Below, piece after piece: positions 40,794 through 51,436 of a stretch of DNA of 64,000 bases. Origin of the DNA: Clostridia bacterium (GTDB lineage Bacteria > Bacillota > Clostridia > Saccharofermentanales > DTU023). Both the position numbers and the translations under genes were made by a program. Under the pieces are notes generated by a model. That model made no database searches and was not told the origin of the DNA. It saw only the letters and a list, made by a program, of their open reading frames with translations. Within the stretch, counting starts at the first letter, position 1; every line of letters starts with the position of its first letter. The stretch is from NCBI GenBank assembly GCA_040766025.1, contig JAXGRH010000005.1, positions 6,443-70,442 of the forward strand, read 5' to 3'.

Positions 40794-42206
40794 TTAAACC
40801 ACAATCGTTAAAATGCGAATCTTTAACGAGCGTTTTTTGGACGGTTTAAACCCCGTACGAAAGGGCGTACCTCGCCTGCAAGATAGAAGCGATCCGGCAA
40901 TGACCACCATGGCATCTCGTTCATTAGCAAGTAAGATAGCACGTGTCACCGCGTCTTTCGGATCTGTGAACGATTGAAAAAGAACCTCTTCCCCTTGATC
41001 TCCCATTAATTCTTGGGCCTCACGCACGAGGTCTTCCGCGTGAAACCGCCGCTCATCCTGAGGTTCTGTGCCCACCACGGCCGCAACCTTGTAGTCGGTA
41101 TCAACCAGGAGTGCCTCGAGCATCTTCCGGTGCTCTTTATCCTCCAAAAAGCCCAGCACGAATACGATCGGTGTACGCCCCGAAAGCTCCGCGAGGCTCT
41201 TTCTCAATCCCAGACATCCTTGCAGGTTGTGTGCCCCGTCAAGCAGGACTGTCGGGTCTTCCAAAATGACTTCCATACGGGCGGGCCATGTGCAGTCCAA
41301 AATCCCCTGCTTCACCGCTTGCTCGTCCGCAAGCTTCGTATCAAGCGCGGCCTGTGCGGCCATGAGGGCATAGATCGGCTGGTAAGGCGCGAGCATTTTC
41401 GTGTGGTATTCAGCCTTTGTGGTTTTGAAACGCTGTCCTGTAAAGTCATGCGAGAGAAGCTCAAAATCCCCGTAACCGATAAAAGAAAGGGGGGCCGAAA
41501 GCTTGGCACATTGTTTTTCAAGTACCTCCCTTGCGACAGAGGCGTCTTCGTCTGAAATCAAAGCGTCCTCCGGCGCGTAAGCATAAACAGGGCAACCTTT
41601 TTTAATGATGCCCGCTTTTTCGCCCGCGATCGCGCGCATCGTACTGCCCAAACGCTCCATATGGTCAAATCCGGGCGCCCCGATCAAAGAGGCCAGGGGT
41701 TTCTCGATGACATTTGTGGAGTCCAGTCTGCCGCCCATTCCGACTTCTAGGATCAGAACGTCGCATTTTTGCTCTTTGAACCATAAAAAAGCAAGCGCGG
41801 TCATAAGGTCGAATTGAGTCGGCGGGATCCCGCCTTCTTCCACCACTTGACGTGCGGCTTTTTCAATCTTCGCGATCAGCCTCACAATCGCTTCATCGGG
41901 GATTTCTCCAAAATGAAAATCCTCATCAAAGCGCTTTAAATCTTTCGCGCCGTCTAACACGCGGATGCGCTCGTTAAAGCGCTCAAGATAAGGCGAGGTG
42001 TACCAACCAACCTTCAAACCCGCGTGGCAGAGGATATGCGCCAGGTAACTTGTGATGGACCCCTTGCCGTTGGTGCCCGCGACGTGGAAGGCGGGAATAT
42101 CGCGCCAGGGATCAGATAGCGCCCGATAAAGCCTTGCGGCGCGGTCGCTGTGGTCATTGTCCGCAAATTTCTTCGCGCTCCCGATCGTCTGAATCGCCTG
42201 CAGCAT
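40794..42206 (-). CDS. folC: Folylpolyglutamate synthase/dihydrofolate synthase
   Basis: Mur-ligase P-loop HVAGTNGKGS. Start set at MLQAIQ. The last 30 or so codons look frame-shifted: the alternative frame gives the canonical end GSLYLAGEVRPFV.. with a stop at 40823. Confidence 0.85.
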   Translation of the reverse strand: MLQAIQTIGSAKKFADNDHSDRAARLYRALSDPWRDIPAFHVAGTNGKGSITSYLAHILCHAGLKVGWYTSPYLERFNERIRVLDGAKDLKRFDEDFHFGEIPDEAIVRLIAKIEKAARQVVEEGGIPPTQFDLMTALAFLWFKEQKCDVLILEVGMGGRLDSTNVIEKPLASLIGAPGFDHMERLGSTMRAIAGEKAGIIKKGCPVYAYAPEDALISDEDASVAREVLEKQCAKLSAPLSFIGYGDFELLSHDFTGQRFKTTKAEYHTKMLAPYQPIYALMAAQAALDTKLADEQAVKQGILDCTWPARMEVILEDPTVLLDGAHNLQGCLGLRKSLAELSGRTPIVFVLGFLEDKEHRKMLEALLVDTDYKVAAVVGTEPQDERRFHAEDLVREAQELMGDQGEEVLFQSFTDPKDAVTRAILLANERDAMVVIAGSLLSCRRGTPFRTGFKPSKKRSLKIRILTIVV

Positions 42207-42664
42207 GAGTGCTTCGGCGTCCACCGGATCCTGTTTTCGAAAAACATACAGTTTGCCGGAGACACGGTTCGCCAAGACGACGAAGATGAGGGCAATCAGT
42301 TTGCCAATATCCAGGGTGCCTTGGAAAAACTCGGTCGTGATGCCCAACACGTGGCGCACCAGATAGATGCCCACGTATTCAAACACAAAGGAGATGGTCA
42401 GCCTTGAGCCTATAAAACAGAAAGAACTCTTCACCGATCTTTGCCGACGAGCGAAACACCCACAGGCGGTTGAGCACGTAGGCGGCGAGCACTGAAAGGA
42501 TAATCGCGGGCATCGAATAGTACCAGCGGTCAAGTCCTAACCAACGGCTCATGGCCATATAGATGAAGACGTTGACAGTGTCCGCCACAACGCCAGAAAC
42601 AAAAATAGCGTAAAAACTCGACGGTAAAAAACAGGTCGATTAAGTGTTCTTTAAATTTCTTCAT
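42207..42664 (-). pseudogene. GtrA-like small membrane protein, two frame changes, reads through in frame into folC
   Basis: Pieces: MKKFKEHLIDLFFTVEFLRYF / VSGVVADTVNVFIYMAMSRWLGL..YVLNRLWVFRS / ..ISFVFEYVGIYLVRHVLG..NRVSGKLYVFRKQ. No stop before the folC Met. Confidence 0.6.
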
Positions 42665-42697
42665 AGTTCATCCGTGTCGTAAAGCGCATCCCGGCCT

Positions 42698-44254
42698 TCA
42701 CGAAGGTGCGTTGCCGGGCGGATGCCGGGCAGGCGCATATCGGTTCTGCCATTGGATGTTTCTCTTTTTCTGCTCGCTCACAATGGCCGCCAAAGCATGC
42801 CAGGCATCCTCCGGATCCGCTAAAACGGGCGCTTCGGGTGCTTCGCTTAAAGGTTCCGTAGAGGGATCCAAAATTTCATCTTGTGCCTCAACTCCTTCTT
42901 CGATCGGATCCGATTCTGATTCATCTTCGGCTTTCAAATCCTTCAGCGTCAGCTCCGGTTCAATCTTGGCCGCGCGCCGCGCGTGCCACCATAACCAAAC
43001 GATAAGAGATACGATCAGTAACAGCAAGCCGACTCCTGCGGCAAGATAAAACGTCGGGATGACAAGCCCAAAAAGCACGATCCCCTCACGCGTTTCAGGC
43101 GTGGTTTCGGAAGGAATAGTGGGTTCTGTAGGGAGAGGCTCCGTCAGCGGCGTCGTCGGCTCTTCGCGGTCAAAGCTTCCCACGATCGGGATAATCCAAA
43201 GCTCCTCGCGGATTAAAGAATCAAGTGTTGCATCGTAAAAATAAAGGCGGACCTCTCGGCGTCATTCATCCGTAAAGCCAAAAGGTACGGCTCCTCCGAT
43301 ATGGGGGTAGTTCGTCTTCTTTTACCCCGTTTTCAAGATATGCATCGTAGAAAGATTTCGGTAGAAAATGGCCGTTCTTTGCCCGATAGCCCGGCACATC
43401 TTCGCCCCAAATGTTCAAAGTATGAAGCTCGAAACCTTCCGGTATGTCCTGTTCAGGAATCATTGAAAATGTGTAGAAACGAGACGACCACTCGGTGCGC
43501 AGATAGGGCACAAAAACCGCCAAGGTTTCGCCGTCATAAAGATAAGAAACCCTCAGTGCCGTCCTCTGCCGCAAGCCAAAAAGTGTGTACGGCAAGGTCT
43601 CAGACTGGTAGCCAGTGACATGTTTATCCTTCCACAGCACTTCGGCCGCTTCAAAACTCAAAGGAATCGTTCCATCCAGCGGGACGCTTTCGGGAAGCGA
43701 CAACGCTTCCTCGTCATAGCGATACCCGACCACCGTCTCCACCGGATGGTAGGGCTTTGTCTCCTCCGGCGTAGTCGAGGGGGTGGTCGTGGTCTCCGTG
43801 GGCGTTGTGGTGGTCGCTTGGGTGGTCGTCTTGGTAGTCGTTTTCGTCGTCGTAGGCGGCCTTTCAATCACATTGACCACCACTGACTTTGGCTTTCACC
43901 GCGATCGGTATCGCGGTATTGTTATCCCGGGAATATCAAGTGTTGAAGTAATCTCTTGTTTGCCCAGTGTTTTGGGCGTGAAATTAGCCGTGACCTCCAA
44001 AGAAGTCACATATTTGTCCGATATCGGATCCCCTACATGGCCCTTCTGATCTGTGCTGAGATAATAGAATCCCGCGCCGGGGAGTCGGCCACGACATAGC
44101 GATTTTGACACTGCTTTTCGTTGATATAGGCCGTCGTATCCGCATGTGCCGGGATGGGTTTGTCAAAGAGATCACGACCAGCACCGCAAAAATAAACACG
44201 ACAATGGCTTGTTGGATACGCTCTTTTTTTCGGATCTTCAATTTCGTTTTTCAT
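42698..44254 (-). pseudogene. Membrane-anchored Thr/Pro-rich surface protein of unknown function, several frame changes
   Basis: N-terminal TM (IQQAIVVFIFAVLVVISL), a TTTKTTTKTTTQATTTTPTETTTTP linker, a globular segment of about 170 aa, a second TM (LFGLVIPTFYLAAGVGLLLLIVSLIVWLWW), and an acidic tail. Assembled from 4-5 ORF fragments. Confidence 0.5.
43768..43860 (-). repeat. Low-complexity coding repeat (ACC/ACG-rich, Thr-rich linker)
   Basis: GGTGGTCGT-type triplet reiteration on the plus strand encoding TTTKTTTKTTTQATTTTPTETTTTPSTTPEET. Confidence 0.6.
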
Positions 44255-44283
44255 TTTCTTCCCATCTCTTCTTAATCGTTGGA

Positions 44284-46428
44284 TCATTTGTTTTTGCCTA
44301 AAATATGGTTGGCCAAGGCCACGTAGTCGGCTGAATTCACGGCACCATTGCCATTTCACATCCAAGGCCATCATCGGTGCTCCGCTCTGTGCATTTTTGC
44401 CGAGGATATGCTGGGCCATCAGGACATAATCCGAAGAACTGATCTTCCCGTCACCGTTGATGTCTCCGTAAATCACAAGATACATCGTCTTAAACGATTC
44501 AACCTCATCGTTCAGTATTTCAATTTTTGAGCCTGTGCCAAGGAGGGCGTCTGGCGCAGGTTCTTTTCCCTTTGTGTCAAACACCTTCGCCGTATACCCT
44601 GCCGGCATATCAAGTGCCTCGGAGATTTTCTCGCTTGATGCTCTCGATAAATGAGCCAGGCATTTGAAAAATATTCACCGCGAATCACATAACCATTCTT
44701 GGCAAACACCGCTTCTCCGGGAGTGGCTTTCAAGGTATAGCTGCGCTTATGCCCGCTTTCAGAAACAGCCTCAATCACAATCTCATTTTCACCGGAAGTG
44801 AGTTGAATGTTGCCGGTATTTCTCCACGGTACATTGGGCGCGTAAGCAGTGGCAGATGTTCAAGCGATCAATACCGCCTTCCAGCAAGACCGTATATTCA
44901 TAAGTTTCAGGGTGAAAGGCCGGGGATAAAGCGCCTTCTTCGACGGTAATCGATTTTAACCAATTGTTTCGGCTCTTATCGTCGGTGGGATAGGGGGCCG
45001 GATTCTTAGGCATCTTGGTCATGACAGGAATGCGAAAGACATAGGCCGATTCAAGCGGTCCTGCTGCTGATACATCGAATACACACGCGCCGCCTCAATG
45101 GAAGGCGCGTAGACATTGCCCATATACTGGTGCCAATAGGTGCCGTAGGTGTCGCCGTCAATGTTGAATTTTTGAAGATAAGAAGTGTCCTGGCCGGGGT
45201 TGATATAGCCTCGGCCAATCCAAAACGCGCCTCCCACAATCGCGCGCCATTGATTGTCCCAGGGTAAGAGATAATTCGCTCGCTCCGCTTCCGTCCAGGC
45301 CGCTACCGGTGCTCCCGAAACGGGCGTATTTCAAACCATTCGTGATGGGACTGGTGCCCGCGGTGGCCCCGATATTGTAAAGTTATAATAACCCTCGTAG
45401 CCTGAAACGGTCCCTTTAACCGAATCGGATCCGTTTTTTCCCACCTCTGTCAGACAGCGCTGCGCGAGGAAAAAGGGGTTGACGTTCGTCTTCACCGCGG
45501 CATCCATAAAGATTTCAGGATAGGTCATGGTTTTCTCTTCTCCGTTTTCGGTGAAGGTGACCGTCTTGCCCTCCATAAAGGAACCTTTGATCGCCGCCCG
45601 GATGGATTCAATCTTGTGGACCTCCGGGTGGTAAGTCAGTTTTTCAAACTGGAAAACCTGCTGCTCACTCAAAAAGTTCCTCGGATCGAGCGAATACGCG
45701 ATGATCTCGCGGCTGGCCCCCATCCAGCCTCCCGCGTCGTAGATCTTCCACTTATCCGTTTCGTAATAATACTCGCCTTTCTCATAGGAGCGGTGGCTGC
45801 GCCTGGCACTGCTGTTAACCATATTGCGCCCGGGCGTCTTTTCTTCGTCGAGCGCTTTTTCAAAACTCAAAGGGGCCTTTGGGTTAGAGGTCGAACTCAT
45901 ATCCGAGACGTGAAACGCCTCAAATACCCAGTTGGGATAATCCGCGTGGAGCTGCCGCAAATAGGGTTTGTAACTGTCGGGAAAACCCTGGCTTGTAAGA
46001 TACGCCTCAAAATCCTGATCGGCCGGCGGTTCGCCGCCACTGATGGGGTTATTTGTCAAGGTCACCAACGAAGCATGAATGTAGCCGTATCGGTCACTTC
46101 TCACTTCACGCAAAAAATACCAATCGGTGGATCCGCTTGAGGCATCTCCTTTGACCTTGCGGTATACTTCAACACTCGAACCCTGCGCGATGGTGGTCAG
46201 TCGTGTTGAATCAATGAGCCTGGGTTCTGAGCGCAACCAGCAACCGTTGGCTGCGTTGGTAAATCCTTTTTTTTCAATCACTTCGCCCGACGGCATGTCG
46301 ACCGCATGGACGGTTAAGGGAAAGGGGAAAATTAGGGCTATCGAAAAGCATAATGACACGAAAAATAAAAAGATCACAACGGCCCTTCTCTTCTTTTGAA
46401 TCGAGCAGTTATTGTCTCGTATTTTCAT
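44284..46428 (-). pseudogene. Cell-wall hydrolase: signal/TM, SH3b-like, GH73 N-acetylglucosaminidase, cadherin-like beta-sandwich, dockerin; many frame changes
   Basis: FMDAAVKTNVNPFFLAQRCLTEVG and (after a T3->T4 correction) YNFYNIGA are GH73 signatures. LKSITVEEGALSPAFHPETYEYTV is cadherin-like. GDINGDGKISSSDYVLMAQHILG and DVNGNGAVNSADYVALANHILG are dockerin repeats. Confidence 0.65.
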
Positions 46429-46567
46429 TCTATTTTTTGTCATTTGACCGCTCAAATACACACACCATGCCTATCTTATTTAAAGGGTTGTATAAGCGTA
46501 TCATATAGGGAGCGCCAACGTCACGCCATCCGCAGTCATAGAAGCCTTGTCAGTTGTTTTAGAAATG

Positions 46568-47215
46568 TCATAGCTTTGTCGCGTTCTCGCAATCATAGCC
46601 ATTAAAATCGAAGTCAAAATCGATCTCATCCAGCGATTTTGCATATGCGGGGATGGCGTAGGTCATAAACCAGCTGACCTCCGGCAAATCAAACGCGTGA
46701 ATGCGATCCGTGATTTCAAGCTTGGCGCGATCAAACTCACGGTTGCCGACCTTTTGCTCATCCACGCATTTGATGTATGCGGAAAAACAATCGGCCACCT
46801 TCACAAGAAGTTTTGCTTCTCGCACGACGGGGTCGGCATCGTTCGGCATCAAAAGTGACTCGTAAAGGCAAGCAAGATCCTTGGGCAGCATCGCTAAGAG
46901 TGTCCGGCAGGCATCCTCCTCAATCTGCTTATATGTCGTCTCCATCGAGCGGTTATGGTATTTCACGGGCTTGGGCATGTCGCCTGTCATGATTTCAGGA
47001 AGGTCGTGGAAAAGCGCCATCGTCGCGACAAAGTTCGGATCAGGGCAAATTCGGTCCTTGGAAAAATATTCCTTTCGCACCGTGGCTAAGACATGCGCGA
47101 TGACGGCCACGTCATGCGAATGTTCCTGGATATTTTCCGTTTCTGTGTTGCGCATCAAGCCCCAGCGGTTGATGTAACGCATACGGTGAATCATGGCAAA
47201 AAAGTTCGTTCTCAT
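46568..47215 (-). CDS. HD-domain 5'-deoxynucleotidase (YfbR-like)
   Basis: MRYINRWGLMRNTETENIQEHSHDVA..LFHDLPEIMTGDMP matches the YfbR pattern. Confidence 0.85.
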   Translation of the reverse strand: MRTNFFAMIHRMRYINRWGLMRNTETENIQEHSHDVAVIAHVLATVRKEYFSKDRICPDPNFVATMALFHDLPEIMTGDMPKPVKYHNRSMETTYKQIEEDACRTLLAMLPKDLACLYESLLMPNDADPVVREAKLLVKVADCFSAYIKCVDEQKVGNREFDRAKLEITDRIHAFDLPEVSWFMTYAIPAYAKSLDEIDFDFDFNGYDCENATKL

Positions 47216-47223
47216 ACGGCCTC

Positions 47224-48369
47224 CTAAATACCGAAAACAGTCCTGAACATGCGCCCGGCGTAAGGGTCGGTCATCCCGGCAATGTAGTCCGTCACTTTGC
47301 GAAGCGCGGACGCGTGCGGTTCAGGGTGCCTTGCCTCATATTCGAAAAAGGCCATCGCCGGCGCGCTTTCATCCTCAGGGCGGTGCTCTATAAGCGCCAG
47401 ATAATACTCAAACAAACCCTCGAGCATATTTTTGACCTGCGCCTCATAGCGCATCACACGCGGTGCCGCATAGATGCGTTCGTAGTTGATTTCAATCAGG
47501 CGCCTCAAGGCTTCACCGGCCTTTTGACTCATCATGATCGCGTTTTGTCCCATGCTGTTTTCGATCATGTCCTTCACAAGCGTGTCGACAATCTCGCTGT
47601 TGTTATGGCCCAGTGTGCTTCGGATGTCAAAGGGCAATTCATCAAAATACAAGAGTCCCGATCGGGTCGCGTCCTCAATATCACGGCCTACATAAGCGAT
47701 GCGATCAGTGAAGCGCACCACACAACCTTCAAGCGTCGCCGGAGGATCGTGCTTCAGCGAACATAAAAGCAATTCTTGTTCCTTTTTTTCTCGCATCGGC
47801 TCCAGATAATATTCGTCATAACGCTCGCCGCAATGGGAGGCAATGCCGTCCCGGACCTCAAAGGTAAGATTTAAGCCGTGTTGCCCTTTATGCTCCGATA
47901 AAAGGTCTACGACGCGGAGCCCGTGCTGTTCATGGCTGAAATGTAACGACGCGTCATGGCTGTTCAGCAGGGTGTGAAGCGCTTCTTCACCCGCGTGCCC
48001 AAAGGGCGCGTGCCCCAGGTCGTGTCCGAGCGCAATCGCCCGGATCAGGTCGGTATTTAAGCCTAAAGCGCTTCCGATCGTCTCCGCCACATAGCTGACG
48101 TACAGCACATGTTCCATTCGGGTGCACACATGATCATTTTGCGGATCAAAGAACACCTGTGTTTTATGCCGCAACCGGCGAAAGGGAAGCGAATACAAAA
48201 TGCGCCCCATATCGCGCTCATACACCGTCCTGACATCACAGTGGGCATCCTCTTTAATGCGGCCGCGACTTTCCGAGGCCCTTGCGGCAAAGGGCGATAA
48301 AAGGTCGAGCTCAAGGTTTTCTTTTCGTTCACGCACGGACTGAATCGATTCTTGCACATTAGAAGACAT
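47224..48369 (-). CDS. dGTP/dNTP triphosphohydrolase-like HD protein
   Basis: ..YERDMGRILYSLPFRRLRHKTQVF..TRMEHVLYVS..ALGHDLGHAPFGHAGE... Start at MSSNVQ, after AAAGGAGAGGAG. Confidence 0.85.
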   Translation of the reverse strand: MSSNVQESIQSVRERKENLELDLLSPFAARASESRGRIKEDAHCDVRTVYERDMGRILYSLPFRRLRHKTQVFFDPQNDHVCTRMEHVLYVSYVAETIGSALGLNTDLIRAIALGHDLGHAPFGHAGEEALHTLLNSHDASLHFSHEQHGLRVVDLLSEHKGQHGLNLTFEVRDGIASHCGERYDEYYLEPMREKKEQELLLCSLKHDPPATLEGCVVRFTDRIAYVGRDIEDATRSGLLYFDELPFDIRSTLGHNNSEIVDTLVKDMIENSMGQNAIMMSQKAGEALRRLIEINYERIYAAPRVMRYEAQVKNMLEGLFEYYLALIEHRPEDESAPAMAFFEYEARHPEPHASALRKVTDYIAGMTDPYAGRMFRTVFGI

Positions 48370-48385
48370 CCTAGACTCCTCTCCT

Positions 48386-50765
48386 TTATGAAGCGTCCGG
48401 CGACAAGACTGCCTGACTTGCCAGAAAACGCTTGGTCGTCCCGTCAAAGTCAATGACTAAAATGGCGTCATCTCCCGTTTTTGTAATACCTTTTATCACG
48501 CCCGGTCCAAAGGACACATGGTGCACGATGTCGCCATTGTTCAACCGATCGACATCGAGCAATGCTTTTTTCTCTTTTGGAGCGGCCTCGATCTGTTTTC
48601 GCGTCACCGCCTGGTATGCCGGTTCCTTTTGAGGTTCCTTCACACCCTGGCGGCCAAAAAGCGGCCGCCGCCCCAGCTGATTGAAAAAATCGTCATCGTA
48701 GCGATTGCGAAACGCGGGCCCGAACTGGCCGGTCTTTTCCGTTAAATCGTCCGGGATCGCCTCCACGAAGCGCGACAAGGCATTGTATTGCGTATGCCCG
48801 AAAAGCAGGCGCGAGACGGCCGCGGTAATCAGCAGTTCCTTTTTAGCGCGCGTCACCGCCACATAGGCAAGCCGCCGCTCTTCCTCAATGCCGTAAGGTT
48901 CCTCATGCGCGCGGATGCTGGGGAAAATATCCTCCTCCGCGCCGACCAGGAACACCGTGTCAAATTCCAGTCCCTTCGCGTTATGAATGGTCATCAGGCT
49001 GACGGCCGGATCGTCGGAGTCTTTGTCCTGGTCGCTGTAAAGTGCCGCGCGCTCCAAGAACAAGCGCAACAAGCCTGTGGCCGAGCGATCCGCCAGATGT
49101 TCTTCTGCTTCATCCTTCGTCGTACTCCCACAAGTCGTCGAGTGATTCAGAGGCCAGCCTTTTTCAAAGTCAATCGCGTCCGAGATCAATTCGACCAAGT
49201 TTTGAGAACGCGATTCCGCTTCCTGATCGCCTTTGGCTTTTAACTCTTCAAAATAGGCGACAAGCCCTGTCTCTTCTTCGACTCTCTTTCACAAACAGAG
49301 GAAAACTCGTTGTCTCTTGTTGCAGATCACGGCGCAAACCATCGATCATTTTCACAAAAAGCAGGAGTCGGCCACTCGCACGTTCAAGGCCCGGTATTTC
49401 CGTTCGCACGTCGGGCCGCTTGAAAAAGGGACAGCGCGTTTTCGCCCGCAAATTCAGCCAGGCGCTCCAAGGTCACGCTGCCGATACCGCGCCGCGGCTG
49501 ATTCACCACACGCCTGAAGCGATGTCATCGTCGCTTGACTGTATGAGCGCCAAGTAGGCTGTCACGTCTTTAATTTCACTTCGCTCATAGAACCTTGTCC
49601 CACCGTAAATACGGTAGTCGATACCGAGTTCCCGGAGCGCAAATTCCACGTTGCGCGACAGGGGCGTTCATGCGGTAGAGTACCGCGATCTCAGGTTTTT
49701 CACCCTCTTCGGCTGATTGAAAGCGGCGCTGGATCCCGCGCGCGATATAACGCGCCTCCTCGGTATGATCGGCGGCGCGATAAATCTGGATGGGGACACC
49801 TTCTTCTTTGGCCGTCCACAAGGTTTTGCACTTTCGTCCGCGATTGTCCGCGATGACCTGGTTGGCCGCCGCGAGAATGGTCTTGGTCGAGCGGTAGTTT
49901 TGTTCCAAACGGACGACGGTGCAATCGGGAAAATCCTTTTCAAAATCCAAGATATTGCGGATCGTCGCCCCGCGAAAAGCGTAGATCGACTGGTCGTCAT
50001 CCCCCACTACGCAAAGGTTTTGATGACGGGACGACAGAAGATGGATCAGCTCATACTGCACCTTGTTCGTGTCCTGGTACTCATCGACCAGGATGTACAA
50101 AAAACGTTCGCTGTAGTACCGGAGCACCTCAGGGTGCTTGCGAAACAGCTTCAAGGTTTCCGTCAGGATGTCATCAAAATCCATCGCGTTCTTTTCCATA
50201 AGCGATTTTTGATACGCGCGGTAAATCTCAGACCACTGCTGTCCGTAAGCACCTGTCGCAGCCGTTTTGTCAACGTCTTCAGGGCTTAAGTCATTATTTT
50301 TGAAATGGCTGATGCGCCTCAAAGCGTCAGTCGGCGTCATCAGACGCTCACTGATGCCCAGTGTCTTCAACACCTCGGCCATCACGCGCTTTTGATCGTA
50401 GCTGTCAAAATGGAAAAGCCCGAACGATAGCCCAAAAGCTCCGCGTGACGCCTCAAAATGCGAAGCATCATGGCATGAAAGGTGCCGATCCAGCTCGCCC
50501 GGCTCTCAAGGCCGATCAGCTTTTCGATGCGGTCTTTCATCTCTGCTGCAGCCTTATTGGTAAAAGTAATGGCTAAGATGCGTCCGGGATGGACTCCCTT
50601 TTTAGAGATAAGCCAGGCCACGCGTCTTGTGACCACACGCGTTTTGCCCGAACCCGCTCCCGCGAGGATTAAAAGCGGGCCCTCCGTCGTGAGGACGGCC
50701 CGCTTCTGTTCCGGATTCAGACGTTTTAGTAATCTGTCATCATCGCTTATGTTTTGTTCAGTCAA
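48386..50765 (-). pseudogene. pcrA: ATP-dependent DNA helicase PcrA (UvrD family), at least three frame changes
   Basis: LNPEQKRAV, AGAGSGKT and LAITFTNKAAAEM in the N-terminal fragment. VDEYQDTN in the middle fragment. IHNAKGLEFD and YVAVTRAK in the C-terminal fragment. One junction is resolved by A4->A5 at 50407-50410 (..GFSIFDSYDQKRVMAEVLK..). Confidence 0.9.
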
Positions 50766-50766
50766 A

Positions 50767-51308
50767 TCAATACTCCGGCTCCAGTAACCCGTAATCGCCT
50801 TCATGGCGTTTATACACAACACATACCTTGCCTGTCTCATTCGACAGGAAAAGTAAGAATGAATGGCCTAAAAGCTCCATCTGCAGGATCGCTTCGTCGG
50901 GCGTCATTTCCTGAATTTCGAATCCTTTCCTGCGGATAATACGGAACTCTTCATCTTCTTGCCGCTCTTCCTTTGCGCGTCGCCGTAGTCGAAGTAGGCT
51001 TCCATGTATGAGTAATCTTTCAGGCGCTTTTTCATGCGCGCCTTATTCTTACGAATCTGCCCCTCCATATTATCGATCGCCTGTTCGACCGCGGTCATCG
51101 CATCTCCTGCGACCGATTCCGCTCTAAAATACAGAGATTGGACCTTAAATGTCACTTCGGCGCGAACCGAAGGTCCCTCAGGTTGGAGCTTTACTTCACC
51201 TCTGGCACTTTCATCAAAAAAGCGTTCGAACTTCGAAATTTTCTGCTCGATCGCTGTTCGCAACATGTCGTTCACCCGCATGTCCAGACCAAGGATTTCA
51301 ACCTTCAT
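50767..51308 (-). pseudogene. hpf: Ribosome hibernation promoting factor, long form, one frame change
   Basis: The N-terminal S30AE domain (MKVEILGLDMRV..) is in one frame. The C-terminal dimerisation domain (..FRIIRRKGFEIQEMTPDEAILQMELLGHSFLLF..VVYKRHEGDYGLLEPEY) is in another. Confidence 0.85.
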
Positions 51309-51436
51309 ATTGTTGCTCCTTTCGTTCATTCCGATACCCATCGCACGGGAATGAAGTGTTTTGTTTATTATACAGTAAGCACCGATTCTGTGAGACAATG
51401 GATGTGACAGAATTGAAGATACTGAAGGTGATTTCG

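Noticed and set aside
43768-43860. Repetitive GGT/CGT-rich DNA that could be mistaken for a repeat array or CRISPR.
   Set aside because: It is in-frame low-complexity coding sequence (a Thr-rich linker), with no spacer-repeat periodicity. No CRISPR-like array was seen anywhere in the window.
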